Positions 1 through 9,781 of a stretch of DNA of 64,000 nucleotides are shown here, one piece after another. Numbering within the stretch: position 1 is the stretch's first letter; the number at the start of each line of letters is the position of its first letter. The notes beneath the pieces were generated by a model. The model saw only the letters and a program-made list of their open reading frames with translations, searched no databases and was not told the DNA's origin. The position numbers and the translations under genes were made by a program. Source of the stretch: Spirochaetota bacterium (GTDB lineage: Bacteria; Spirochaetota; UBA4802; UB4802). Location: assembly GCA_040756435.1 (NCBI GenBank), contig JBFLZD010000007.1, forward strand, positions 18,099-82,098. The letters are read 5' to 3'.

Positions 1-497
1 CCAACTATCGCATTGGTATTATAAGTGCCACCATTCAGAATATGGACAATGCATATAAATACCTTAACAATGCAATGAGGATGAACCCCAATAATCCTGA
101 TGTTCTGTATCAGTTAGGGATATTATTGGTATCACAGGGCAAATATGCTGAAGCGCTGAATTATTTGTTGCAGGCTCATCAGTTAAATATGGCTACGGCA
201 TCGTTATTTTTCAACATTGGTCTGTGTTATGAATCGCTTAAAAACATTGAAGAAGCAAAACGCTATTACGAAAAAGCAAAACTGCTTGACCCCAACGACC
301 CCTCAATACAATCAAGTTTAGAGCGTTTTTCAGGCAAAAAGGAAGAGCCTGTGAACCCAAACGCCGATCCCCGTACCAATCAACTTGATGAGGAAAAAGG
401 GGAAAGCTTCCCATTACCCATTAATCAATCAGCGTATGATGTGCGGCTTAAAGAAAATGAGGTAAAAGAAGAAGATAAGCTTGCTATGCCACAATAG
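1..497 (+). CDS. TPR-repeat protein, 5' end outside the window (frame 3 is open from nt 3)
   Basis: Tetratricopeptide-like repeats (NPNNPDVLYQLGILLVSQGKYAEALNYLLQA; AKRYYEKAKLLDPNDP). The reading frame is open to the window edge. Confidence 0.6.
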   Translation, partial: NYRIGIISATIQNMDNAYKYLNNAMRMNPNNPDVLYQLGILLVSQGKYAEALNYLLQAHQLNMATASLFFNIGLCYESLKNIEEAKRYYEKAKLLDPNDPSIQSSLERFSGKKEEPVNPNADPRTNQLDEEKGESFPLPINQSAYDVRLKENEVKEEDKLAMPQ

Positions 498-550
498 AAT
501 ATTTTACTGTTTGTTTATGAATATAAATTATTAACTAGAGGATAAACACT

Positions 551-2242
551 ATGGATGGATTTTCGATAGGTATCACAATCTTTGGTGGATTAGGATTGTT
601 TTTATTTGGCATGAAAATCATGAGTGAATCCCTGCAACAGGCAGCAGGTGACAGACTGAAAGGTATATTATGGAAGGTCAGCAATAACAGGATTAAAGGA
701 GTCTTTACCGGCTTATTTATTACATCCATTATTCAATCTTCAAGCGCCACAACAGTAATGCTGGTAAGCTTTGTCAGTGCCGGCCTTTTAACATTACAGC
801 AATCAATAGGTATAATATATGGAGCAAATATTGGAACCACCGTGACCGGCTGGCTTGTAGCATTGATTGGATTTAAAGTAAAAATTACTGCTGTTGCCCT
901 GCTCTGCATAGGCATAGGCTTTTTTATACGGTTTGTATCCAATGAAAAAGTGCGCTACTATGGTGAGGTGTTACTTGGCTTTGGGGTGCTTTTCTTTGGG
1001 CTTGATATAATGAGCAATGCTGTCAAAGACCTGCGCAATTCTGAAGCAATACTGAACATGATGACGCGCTTTGCTGCAGTAGACATATCGTCAACATTGA
1101 TTGTGGTTGCTATAGGTACTATTGTAACCATGATTGTACAATCATCAAGCGCTACGGTAGCCATGACCATGACGCTGGCAGTAAACGGCCTTATTGATTT
1201 TCCCACCGCGTGTGCATTCATATTAGGTGAAAATATTGGAACAACAATCACTGCCAATATTGCAGCCATAGGTGCCTCAACCGAGGCCAAGCAGGCTGCG
1301 CGAGCACATTTTTTGTTTAATTTTATTGGAGTAATATGGGCAATTTTTATCTTTCATAAATTCTTTGTGCCCTTTGTTGACTGGTTAGTACCCGGTAATC
1401 CGTATTCTGATATTTTAGCAGTACGTTCCAAAGTAATAGCGGACCACATGGCAGCATTCCATACCTGCTTTAACGTTATCAATACCATGGTGTTTTTGCC
1501 ATTTGTTAATGTCCTTGCAAAGCTTTCAACTAAATTAGCACCAAAACCTAAAGGTGAAAAGGATGAATTCCATTTGAAATATATCACCACCGCATTAGTT
1601 TCCACACCCACAATTAATATAAACCAGGCACGTCTTGAAATCAAACGCATGTGCGGCATTGTCCTTGAGATGTTTGACATGGTCATGGATGTATTTCATC
1701 ACCCAAAGGAAAAATTGGGTACGCAGGTTGAGCACATCATAAAGCTTGAAAACCTCACCGACCACCTTGAAAAGGAGATATCAAGCTTCCTAGTTAATAT
1801 TTTACAAAACAATATTTCCTACGAGCAGAGTGAAGAAGTCTCATCGCTTCTACATACTGTCAATGAATTGGAGAGAATAGGCGATAACTGTGAATCATTG
1901 CTAAAACTTATCCGCAGAAAATATGAGGCGGGGATTGAATTTTCTGATGATGCAGTCAAAGGCATTGATGAAATTGCATCAAAAGTTCGTGAGTTTTTGG
2001 TTTTACTAAATGAAAACCTCACTATCCGCAATAAAGATATAATGACTGATTCAAAATTTTTAGAAGACAGGATTGATGAGCTAAGAAACGAACTGCGCAA
2101 AGGACACGTAAACCGTTTAAATGAAGGGGTATGTGATGTCAATGCTGGGCTTATCTTTATAGACATGCTATCAAAATTTGAAAAAATTGGAGACCATGCA
2201 TTCAATGTAGCTGAAAGCATCTCCGGGGTCAGGGTTTTCTGA
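551..2242 (+). CDS. Na+/phosphate cotransporter family protein (NptA-like) with C-terminal PhoU-like repeats
   Basis: Duplicated GANIGTTVTGW / GENIGTTITA Na/Pi-cotransporter motifs in a multi-TM N-terminal half. The C-terminal half has two PhoU-like helical motifs (ERIGDNCESL, EKIGDHAFNVAE). Confidence 0.85.
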   Translation: MDGFSIGITIFGGLGLFLFGMKIMSESLQQAAGDRLKGILWKVSNNRIKGVFTGLFITSIIQSSSATTVMLVSFVSAGLLTLQQSIGIIYGANIGTTVTGWLVALIGFKVKITAVALLCIGIGFFIRFVSNEKVRYYGEVLLGFGVLFFGLDIMSNAVKDLRNSEAILNMMTRFAAVDISSTLIVVAIGTIVTMIVQSSSATVAMTMTLAVNGLIDFPTACAFILGENIGTTITANIAAIGASTEAKQAARAHFLFNFIGVIWAIFIFHKFFVPFVDWLVPGNPYSDILAVRSKVIADHMAAFHTCFNVINTMVFLPFVNVLAKLSTKLAPKPKGEKDEFHLKYITTALVSTPTININQARLEIKRMCGIVLEMFDMVMDVFHHPKEKLGTQVEHIIKLENLTDHLEKEISSFLVNILQNNISYEQSEEVSSLLHTVNELERIGDNCESLLKLIRRKYEAGIEFSDDAVKGIDEIASKVREFLVLLNENLTIRNKDIMTDSKFLEDRIDELRNELRKGHVNRLNEGVCDVNAGLIFIDMLSKFEKIGDHAFNVAESISGVRVF

Positions 2243-2744
2243 CCCCGGCTTTAGCCTTAATTGCTTCAATAACAACTCCGGGATCTTCAGGAATAAAAAC
2301 CTCCACGTCATCACAATACTGAACACCAAAATTATGTGCTTTCCCGTGTTCAGGCATTAATATATCAAGCGTAAAACCTTTTATGGCGCTACCTGTATCA
2401 AGAGCAACATAATATGCATTATTATATTTTATAATTGAACCCAGAGGAATAACAGACGGGTCAACAGCCACAACAAGAATTCCGCTGTCTAAAAGACCTG
2501 TTAATGTCAACCCACCTACAGCTGCGCAGTTGGTATAGTCTTCAATCCCAGTTTCGGTAAATCGAGTATTACAGCATCTACCCGGGCAGTAGGCTGTTAT
2601 TTTCCATGTTGTTTTATACTGTACTTTTTTTGTGTGCGATAGTTCCGGTAAAAGATTGTGTTTGGGCATTAAATCCTGATACGCAAAAGCCAGTAATGCT
2701 ACTGTACATACTACTATTAAACTAACCAATACTCTTCTCATCAT
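2229..2744 (-). CDS. 3D-domain protein (MltA/YabE-like lytic transglycosylase-related), secreted
   Basis: N-terminal signal/TM segment. C-terminal VAVDPSVIPLGS...YYVALDTGSAIKG matches the 3D domain signature of the YocH/YuiC/MltA family. Convergent 14-bp overlap with the NptA stop. Confidence 0.7.
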   Translation of the reverse strand: MMRRVLVSLIVVCTVALLAFAYQDLMPKHNLLPELSHTKKVQYKTTWKITAYCPGRCCNTRFTETGIEDYTNCAAVGGLTLTGLLDSGILVVAVDPSVIPLGSIIKYNNAYYVALDTGSAIKGFTLDILMPEHGKAHNFGVQYCDDVEVFIPEDPGVVIEAIKAKAGVRKP

Positions 2745-2901
2745 CTTGTAACCAGTCTATGTAAGTTTTACAAAACCAAATAAAAATATTAAAACCCCTC
2801 ATTATCCAAAGACAGTGAGGGGTTTATGTTATTAAATTTTTGGCCAAAATCTAATTTTTTTAAGCGAAGTCAATCATTTTTTAATGTGACATAAAATTAT
2901 G

Positions 2902-2934
2902 TTGACAAATTTAATTAATTGTTTTATGTATAAT
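2902..2934 (+). promoter_or_regulatory. Candidate sigma70-like promoter (TTGACA ... TATAAT) upstream of the 806-aa coiled-coil gene
   Basis: TTGACA at 2902-2907 and TATAAT at 2929-2934. The spacer is about 21 nt, which is longer than optimal, so this is a weak call. Confidence 0.25.
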
Positions 2935-3075
2935 TTTAATGTAAAAAGTGCGGTTTTTTGTTCTCTCAGGGTTGCCGTGCAAAGATTAACAATAAATCTT
3001 TGTAGTGGAAATATAGTTTTTTAACAATTGTAATGGTGCGTGCAGTTAATTTTCATATAAAAGGAGTGTTAAACA

Positions 3076-5496
3076 ATGATATGGAATATTGTGACGCTGG
3101 TATCCTGTTTATTCATGATACTCTTCTTCCGGCGTCTTGACCGCTCCAACTTACGAATAACCAAAGTTAAACGATATACATCAAAAGTGCTGGATGACTT
3201 TAAAAAGTTAGCCCAGGAAGAAGAACGCAAGTTCAATGATTCTACCATTGAACTGGATATCATGCTAAAAAAAGCTCAGGCACTTAGCAATCATCTCAAT
3301 GGTTCAATTGTGGAAATTGAAGAAAAGCTTAAAGGCCTTGATATTGAAAAAACAAACCTTAAAAAAGTGGAAGAGGATCTAAAGGTCATCTCAAATGCAG
3401 CACGTGATGTCAATCAGCAGATAGAATATATTGCCGCATCACGGGCAAGTTTTGGTGATATAGCTAAAAAGATTAACTACCTTACTGACAACCTTTCCAG
3501 ATTAGAAAAAGAAACATCGGTGGTATTGCAAACCTTCAATGACAGGGTCCGTGAACGCTCACGGGAACTATCTGAAGAAATTGCTGAACAGATCAATAAA
3601 CTCCGTGATACTATCACTATAAAAGAAGAACGGATACTTATGGCTTCTCAGGAAAAGGTTGACCTTTTGACACGCAACTTTTCGGAGTCGCTATCGCGCA
3701 TGGAACAAAACATAACAAACACTGGCGATGCTATTTTAGAAAATATACGCTTAAAGATAGATACGGTAACAAAATCCGTTGACTCCATTGAGCAGCGTGT
3801 TGAATCAGCGGAACGCCGTGTATTTACTGACTTAAACCAGAAAATTGCAACACTGGCTAAATCCATTGAAGACTTTGAACAGGATTTGGACGAGATCAGG
3901 ATAACCTCAACCACTTCAATGCGAAAAGAGCTTGCCGAAGTCAGCGATCAGATTTTAGAACTTAAATCTTCCGTTACTGAAGTTGAAAACAGTATTTTTG
4001 CTGATCTCAAGGAAAAGGCAAATGATGTGAAAACCAGTATATCCAGTTCTATAAAGGAATTTAAGGATATGCGTGAAACCTTACTTGAGCAGGTCAACGG
4101 CGATATTGAAAAAGTATATGATAAACTTCGACTCATTGAACAAAATATAGATGAATCAAAAGCTCAACTCATTGCCTCATTTGATGAAGAAGTCAACAAA
4201 ATACGAACTGCATTTGATGCGTTAAACCTTCATGCTATCTCTAAAAAAGACGAAATTGTAAAAGCTGCTCGTAAAGAGGCTGAAGACATAAAAACCCGCA
4301 TAGAAGAATTTGGTGAAAAATTTATTGAGATGGAACACAGATTGGTAGATAAATCAGAAGAGCAGCTTAAAACATTAGTTACCGAATACCAGGCCATAGA
4401 GCTGCGCTTCCATAATTTAACCGAACGTGCAAACCAGATTGAACGGCAGATGCATCAATCAATAGAATCAAAGATAGCTGAAGCCAGAAATGAATTTGAT
4501 ACCATGAGCCAGCATATTTCATCCATGAAAGAAGAGCTTTTAAGCTTAGAGGAAAACCACAAAATTTTTACGCGTACTGACGATATGCTTAAAACAGTTC
4601 AGGGCGCATTAACCGAGCTAAACACCATACTTGCCCAATCACGGGAAGAATCAAAAAAATTAGATGAATTTCTTGAAAAAGCTGAATCAATCAAGGATAT
4701 ACGGCGAACAGTTGAACGTGAACTGAAGGTGTTTGAATCACGAAAAGAAAAACTTGCTACAGTTGAATCTGAAATTAAAGCCCTCATGGAACTGGCAGAT
4801 ATGATTTCAATAAAGGCTGATTCATTACAGGACGGAATGCTTAAAATTGACCAGTTCAATGCACGCATTGATGCCCTGGCAAAGGTTTATAACGATCTGG
4901 AAAACAGGATTCACGAATTACAGGAATATGAAACTACCATAACCAAAAATTTGGAATCTGTTAACAAAGCTGATCTCATCATGAAATCAATAGAAACAAG
5001 AATAAAAACATTCCAGTCAACAGTAGAAAAATCAGAAAAGAAGATTGAGCGCCTCACCGGGTACCTGCACAGTATTGAAGAAAATACACTTATTCTTAAA
5101 ACACGTGAGCAGGAAATCAGGGAAGTTAAGGAGCATTTTGCTGAGCTTGAAGGCCTCACTGCACATATAGAAGAGCGCATCAAACAGGTAAACGCTATGT
5201 TTCAGAAATTAGAAGATATGCGTGATGAAATCAGCCAGACCGATAGTCGCCTGCAATTAATGTTTACTGAAACCGATAAGCGAATGAAACAGTTTGCTGA
5301 TTTCTTGAAAGCTATAGATAGTAACACCGTTATCGGCAAAGAGATTAAAGGGATACCAAACGTCAATATTAACGAGAGGCTGATAAAAACTGTCAGAGAG
5401 CTATCCAATAAAGGTTGGAGTTCTCAGGAAATAGCCAAAAAACTTTTAATAGATGAAAATGCAGTGCGACTGATAATCAATACTTCTTCCCTGTAA
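3076..5496 (+). CDS. Membrane-anchored long coiled-coil protein with C-terminal helix-turn-helix-like tail; function unknown
   Basis: One N-terminal TM helix (IVTLVSCLFMILFF). About 700 aa of heptad-like E/K/L-rich sequence. The last ~40 aa (ELSNKGWSSQEIAKKLLIDENAVRLIINTS) resemble a sigma-70 region-4 / LuxR-type HTH. RBS AAAGGAG sits upstream. Confidence 0.6.
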   Translation: MIWNIVTLVSCLFMILFFRRLDRSNLRITKVKRYTSKVLDDFKKLAQEEERKFNDSTIELDIMLKKAQALSNHLNGSIVEIEEKLKGLDIEKTNLKKVEEDLKVISNAARDVNQQIEYIAASRASFGDIAKKINYLTDNLSRLEKETSVVLQTFNDRVRERSRELSEEIAEQINKLRDTITIKEERILMASQEKVDLLTRNFSESLSRMEQNITNTGDAILENIRLKIDTVTKSVDSIEQRVESAERRVFTDLNQKIATLAKSIEDFEQDLDEIRITSTTSMRKELAEVSDQILELKSSVTEVENSIFADLKEKANDVKTSISSSIKEFKDMRETLLEQVNGDIEKVYDKLRLIEQNIDESKAQLIASFDEEVNKIRTAFDALNLHAISKKDEIVKAARKEAEDIKTRIEEFGEKFIEMEHRLVDKSEEQLKTLVTEYQAIELRFHNLTERANQIERQMHQSIESKIAEARNEFDTMSQHISSMKEELLSLEENHKIFTRTDDMLKTVQGALTELNTILAQSREESKKLDEFLEKAESIKDIRRTVERELKVFESRKEKLATVESEIKALMELADMISIKADSLQDGMLKIDQFNARIDALAKVYNDLENRIHELQEYETTITKNLESVNKADLIMKSIETRIKTFQSTVEKSEKKIERLTGYLHSIEENTLILKTREQEIREVKEHFAELEGLTAHIEERIKQVNAMFQKLEDMRDEISQTDSRLQLMFTETDKRMKQFADFLKAIDSNTVIGKEIKGIPNVNINERLIKTVRELSNKGWSSQEIAKKLLIDENAVRLIINTSSL

Positions 5497-5505
5497 CTAT
5501 GCTTT

Positions 5506-6045
5506 CTATTGAGTTTTATCTTTTATTTTTTCCCTGATTTGCTGCATTATTTCTTCATCAGAAAGTTTCTTTCTTAAAACTATTCTATATTTTACTTCAA
5601 ATTTTGTTGGTTCAATCGTTTTTTCGGGAAATGAAAACGTCCAGCGCTGCAGGTCCTGAACTATAAGGTTATCCAGTTCAACCAGAAATGTAAGCTGCGT
5701 TGGTCGTATCTTCATTATTGCACCTGAATCAGGGAATAACCACACTGTTACTATGCCCTCTCGTGCTTCATCAATTTGATTATTCTGTGCCACCTCTTCA
5801 AGTATATACTTATCACCACTTTCATCATTATTACGTGTGATTCTATCCTGATAATGTAACTGAACTACCTGATAGCTATCCGGAGTTATTAATACTCTGA
5901 AAAGCTCCGAACCACTTTTTTCTTCAAGAAATTTTTTATTATCCTGTGCAAATGGATCTTCTTTTTCTTTAATACCTGCAGTATTACATGCTAACAAGGT
6001 TATTAGCATAATAAATAGTATATGTTTCCTCATAACCACCATCAT
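5506..6045 (-). CDS. Putative lipoprotein (signal peptide + Cys lipobox LLAC), unknown function
   Basis: N-terminal hydrophobic h-region followed by LLAC|NTAG. No recognisable catalytic motifs. Confidence 0.5.
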   Translation of the reverse strand: MMVVMRKHILFIMLITLLACNTAGIKEKEDPFAQDNKKFLEEKSGSELFRVLITPDSYQVVQLHYQDRITRNNDESGDKYILEEVAQNNQIDEAREGIVTVWLFPDSGAIMKIRPTQLTFLVELDNLIVQDLQRWTFSFPEKTIEPTKFEVKYRIVLRKKLSDEEIMQQIREKIKDKTQ

Positions 6046-6334
6046 CTCCTTTAAAAATGGAATTCAGTGTAAAGCTAAGCAAATGAAGAATTTTGTTGTT
6101 TGAAAATATTAATTCTTTGCTTTCAGCTCAGAATGATACATTACAATCATATATCAACATACCATTGTCAATAATTTAATGTTATTGGATGTATATATAA
6201 TAGACATTATCAATTCATTAAATACCTTTAGCTGAACTAACCTACTTTACGGCTAATGTATATACTGCATAAGCATACTTGACAAAATAATGAGAACATT
6301 ATAACGTTGTACATGCAAAGGATTTGATGTCCAC

Positions 6335-6517
6335 TTGAGCAATAATAGTATAACAAGTAAATCAATTTTTTCAATACCTTTTTATAGTATTTTAAAACAA
6401 TCAGTCACAATGATATATGCCATAATCAATACCCTTAGTATCACTATATTAGTTTCAATAATAATACTATGTAAATCATTAATTATTCCTAAATGTTTAA
6501 ATTTGAATAAAATATAA
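6335..6517 (+). CDS. Possible small hydrophobic protein (60 aa); its 3' end lies in the conserved 45-nt repeat leader and is followed by a GC-rich hairpin
   Basis: ORF with two hydrophobic segments, followed immediately by a terminator-like hairpin at 6523-6560. It may instead be a non-coding transcript. Confidence 0.25.
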   Translation: MSNNSITSKSIFSIPFYSILKQSVTMIYAIINTLSITILVSIIILCKSLIIPKCLNLNKI

Positions 6518-6560
6518 AATAGTGTACACCCCCGCCGCCTAAGGCGGCGAGGATGTACAC
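6463..6560. repeat. Repeat element A: conserved 45-nt leader (aattattcctaaatgtttaaatttgaataaaatataaaatagt) + GC-rich hairpin GTACACCCCCGCCGCC-taa-GGCGGCGAGGATGTACA followed by a T-run
   Basis: The leader is near-identical to 50283-50326. The hairpin is near-identical to 44734-44772. GC content departs strongly from the AT-rich background. Confidence 0.8.
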
Positions 6561-6664
6561 TTTATTCTTTATGAAATTTTTTAAGTAATTATTACTGTAT
6601 GTAAATTATTTTTTTAGCTAAGCACATCCATAATTCCTAACGTTTATAAAAGAATGAAGTTATT

Positions 6665-7297
6665 ATGTTAGATGACCTTATACAACAACTGCCTGCTTTA
6701 TTAGATAGTAAAAGCAATCCATTACTGTATCTACTTCTGTGTATATCTGCAGTAATGGAAAATCTGATTCCGCCTGTCCCTGGTGATGTTGTTACCGCAT
6801 TTGGTGCTTTCATGGTAGCAACAGGTAAATTACATTTTTTCTGGGTTTACCTGTCAACAACGGTTGGTTCAGTTATTGGATTTACACTTCTTTTTTTGGT
6901 TGGCAAGTTTTTTGGCAAAGAACTGCTGATCAAAAAAAACTTTACTTTCTTCAAAAAAGACGCTATATTAAAAGCTGAGCAATGGGTACAAACATACGGA
7001 ATATGGCTGGTTTTAGCCAACCGTTTTTTACCCGGTATTCGCAGTGTTATTTCTTTGACTGCAGGCTTTTCAAATTTATCTACATATAAAGTCCTGTTGT
7101 TTTCATTTATCAGTTCATCAATATGGAATCTTATTCTTATATACTTAGGATATTCATTGGGCAATAACTGGCTTACAGTACAGAGTAAAGTTAGTCACTT
7201 TTTATCACAATATAGCAAAGTAATAGGTCTGCTTTTATTATGTCTTGTAATAATCTACTTTTTTATTAAATTAAAAAAATATGTAGCCAAAAAATAA
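6665..7297 (+). CDS. DedA/SNARE-associated (VTT-domain) family membrane protein
   Basis: LIPPVPGDVVTAFGAF motif typical of DedA. Multi-TM, about 210 aa. Confidence 0.8.
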   Translation: MLDDLIQQLPALLDSKSNPLLYLLLCISAVMENLIPPVPGDVVTAFGAFMVATGKLHFFWVYLSTTVGSVIGFTLLFLVGKFFGKELLIKKNFTFFKKDAILKAEQWVQTYGIWLVLANRFLPGIRSVISLTAGFSNLSTYKVLLFSFISSSIWNLILIYLGYSLGNNWLTVQSKVSHFLSQYSKVIGLLLLCLVIIYFFIKLKKYVAKK

Positions 7298-7344
7298 TTA
7301 TTTTGATAGTATTAAAATCACGTATGTTTTTATGGAGCTAATTA

Positions 7345-9744
7345 ATGAATTTTGAAGAATACTTTGATAATGACACCATTCAGATAGAAAATACCATTCT
7401 TGCCAGCGACCTGTCAAAAATTGATACCAATCTACCTTCTACTATACATATCATACCTGTACGATACAGGCCCATATTTCCTGGTATTATTACTCCCCTC
7501 ATAATTGCAAAACCACGGTTCATGCGATCAATTGATGATGCACTAAATACCTCGCGAGCTATTGGTTTAGCTGTATTGAAAGATGATGATGTTGAAGATG
7601 TGGAGATAGATGACATAGAAATGTTTGGCACCGCAGCAAAGATAATCAAAAAGATTAACCTTCCGGATGAAAGCATTAACGTCCTTATAAACAGTATCTG
7701 TAGGTTCAGAATCACTAAAATTATCGATGATAAAAAAAGTATTATTGCTAAAGTTGAATACATTTATGATAAAGCAAATCCAAAAAACCTTGAAATCAAG
7801 GCATTAACCCGCGCTATTTTGAGCCAGCTTAAAATACTATCCGAAAGCAACCCTCTGTTTACTGAAGAGATGAAACTCACCATGCTTAATGTTGATGAGC
7901 CTGGCCGAATAGCTGATTTTGTTACATCCATATTAAACCTGGAAAAACAGGAATACCAGAATATTCTGGAGACAATTAACGTAAAAAAGCGCCTTGAAAA
8001 GGTACTGGTACTTTTGCAAAAGGAGCTGGAAGTAGTTTCGGTTCAGCGCAAAATCCAGAACCAGATAAACGAAAAAATATACAAACAGCAACGCGATTAC
8101 TTTTTACGTGAGCAGTTAAAGATAATCAAGCAAGAATTAGGACTTGATGATGACCGCACAAATGAAATTCAGCAGATGAAATCTAAAATTGAATCCTTAC
8201 ATCTCAAGGGTGAACCAAAAGAAAAGATACAGGATGAGCTTAACCGCCTTTATTACATTGAATCAAATACACCTGAATACATCATAGCCCGTACCTATTT
8301 GGATACGGTACTTTCCCTGCCATGGAATACCTATACAGAAGATTGTCTTGACATTACACGGGCGGAAAAAATCTTAAAGAAAAGCCATTATGGGCTTGAT
8401 GATGTCAAAGAACGAATACTGGAGTTTCTATCGGTCAGAATGCTTAAACCAGATTCAGGAGGCTCAATTCTATGCCTTGTTGGCCCTCCAGGTGTTGGAA
8501 AAACCTCACTTGGGCAGGCTATAGCTGATTCATTAAAACGTACATTCTTTAGGGTATCATTAGGTGGTATACGGGACGAAGCTGAAATAAAAGGCCACCG
8601 CCGTACCTATATTGGAGCAATGCCGGGAAAAATCATTCAGGGCTTAAAAGTTTGTAAATCCAAAAATCCTGTTTTCATGCTTGATGAAATTGATAAACTG
8701 TATCAGAGCTATCAGGGTGACCCTGCAGCTTCGCTTCTGGAAGTCCTTGATTATGAACAAAACCATTCTTTCAGGGACCACTACATTGATATGCCGTTTG
8801 ACCTTTCAAAAGTACTGTTCATTACCACTGCCAATACCACCGACACCATACCTGATGTTCTGCTTGACCGTATGGAAGTCATACGTATTCCCGGCTATAT
8901 TGTTGAGGAAAAATACAAAATTGCAAAACATTTTCTTTTACCAAAACAGCTTAAAAAGCATGGTTTGCCAAAAAATTCCATTGAACTTGACAGGGATGCT
9001 CTCTTGTATATTATTAATGGTTGGGCACGTGAGGCAGGGGTTAGAAATCTGGATAGACAGTTAGAACGCCTTTGCAGGAAAAAGGCAAAATCAATTGTTA
9101 AAAAAGATAACTCATTCCCTCATCACCTTGATGAAGAATCAATACGCTCGTTACTTGGACCGGAATACTATACCGGTGATACAATACCTGATAAACTCAA
9201 ACCAGGCATTGCAATAGGACTTGCATGGACATCAACAGGCGGATCTGTTCTTCTTGTTGAGGCACTTTCCACGCCAGCACAGGGTTCTTCCACTTTAACG
9301 CTTACAGGTAATATTGGCGATGTGATGAAGGAATCAGCAACTATCGCTTATAATTATATTAAAAATTACTTTAATGATGACACTAACGCAATAGACTTTT
9401 TTAACAAGAATAATATCCATATTCATGTTCCGGCAGGAGCTATACCAAAAGATGGTCCTTCGGCAGGAATAACAATGGCATCAGCGCTTTATTCACTTAT
9501 TAAGCATATACCAGTTACAAAACGCATCGCAATGACCGGTGAGCTGACGCTTTCAGGAAGAGTGTTACCTGTTGGTGGAATAAAAGAAAAGCTTATTGCA
9601 GCAAAACGTGAACATTGCAATACAGTCATCATGCCACTGGAAAATAAGAAAGAAATGGGCGATATTCCATCGCATATCACACGGGGATTGTCACTATATT
9701 TTGTTGCCCATGTGAATGAAGTCTTTGATATACTATTTAAGTAA
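7345..9744 (+). CDS. lon: ATP-dependent Lon protease
   Basis: LON N-domain, Walker A GPPGVGKTSLGQAIA, Walker B FMLDEID, and protease-domain catalytic Ser in DGPSAGITMASALYS. Length 799 aa. Confidence 0.95.
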   Translation: MNFEEYFDNDTIQIENTILASDLSKIDTNLPSTIHIIPVRYRPIFPGIITPLIIAKPRFMRSIDDALNTSRAIGLAVLKDDDVEDVEIDDIEMFGTAAKIIKKINLPDESINVLINSICRFRITKIIDDKKSIIAKVEYIYDKANPKNLEIKALTRAILSQLKILSESNPLFTEEMKLTMLNVDEPGRIADFVTSILNLEKQEYQNILETINVKKRLEKVLVLLQKELEVVSVQRKIQNQINEKIYKQQRDYFLREQLKIIKQELGLDDDRTNEIQQMKSKIESLHLKGEPKEKIQDELNRLYYIESNTPEYIIARTYLDTVLSLPWNTYTEDCLDITRAEKILKKSHYGLDDVKERILEFLSVRMLKPDSGGSILCLVGPPGVGKTSLGQAIADSLKRTFFRVSLGGIRDEAEIKGHRRTYIGAMPGKIIQGLKVCKSKNPVFMLDEIDKLYQSYQGDPAASLLEVLDYEQNHSFRDHYIDMPFDLSKVLFITTANTTDTIPDVLLDRMEVIRIPGYIVEEKYKIAKHFLLPKQLKKHGLPKNSIELDRDALLYIINGWAREAGVRNLDRQLERLCRKKAKSIVKKDNSFPHHLDEESIRSLLGPEYYTGDTIPDKLKPGIAIGLAWTSTGGSVLLVEALSTPAQGSSTLTLTGNIGDVMKESATIAYNYIKNYFNDDTNAIDFFNKNNIHIHVPAGAIPKDGPSAGITMASALYSLIKHIPVTKRIAMTGELTLSGRVLPVGGIKEKLIAAKREHCNTVIMPLENKKEMGDIPSHITRGLSLYFVAHVNEVFDILFK

Positions 9745-9781
9745 TTTATTTTACCGTACTTTTTGCGTACTATTACAATAG

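Noticed and set aside
535-2220. Multiple 60-130-aa ORFs antisense to the Na/Pi cotransporter gene (535-729, 733-942, 958-1290, 1354-1686, 1819-2220)
   Set aside because: They are wholly embedded in a well-supported conserved-family CDS on the opposite strand. No RBS or conservation signal. Typical shadow ORFs.
3648-5408. Antisense ORFs within the 806-aa coiled-coil gene
   Set aside because: Low-complexity Ser-rich translations of the antisense of a GAA/AAA-rich coiled-coil gene.
8681-9064. 127-aa ORF inside lon in another frame
   Set aside because: Embedded in the highly conserved Lon ATPase domain coding frame. Spurious.
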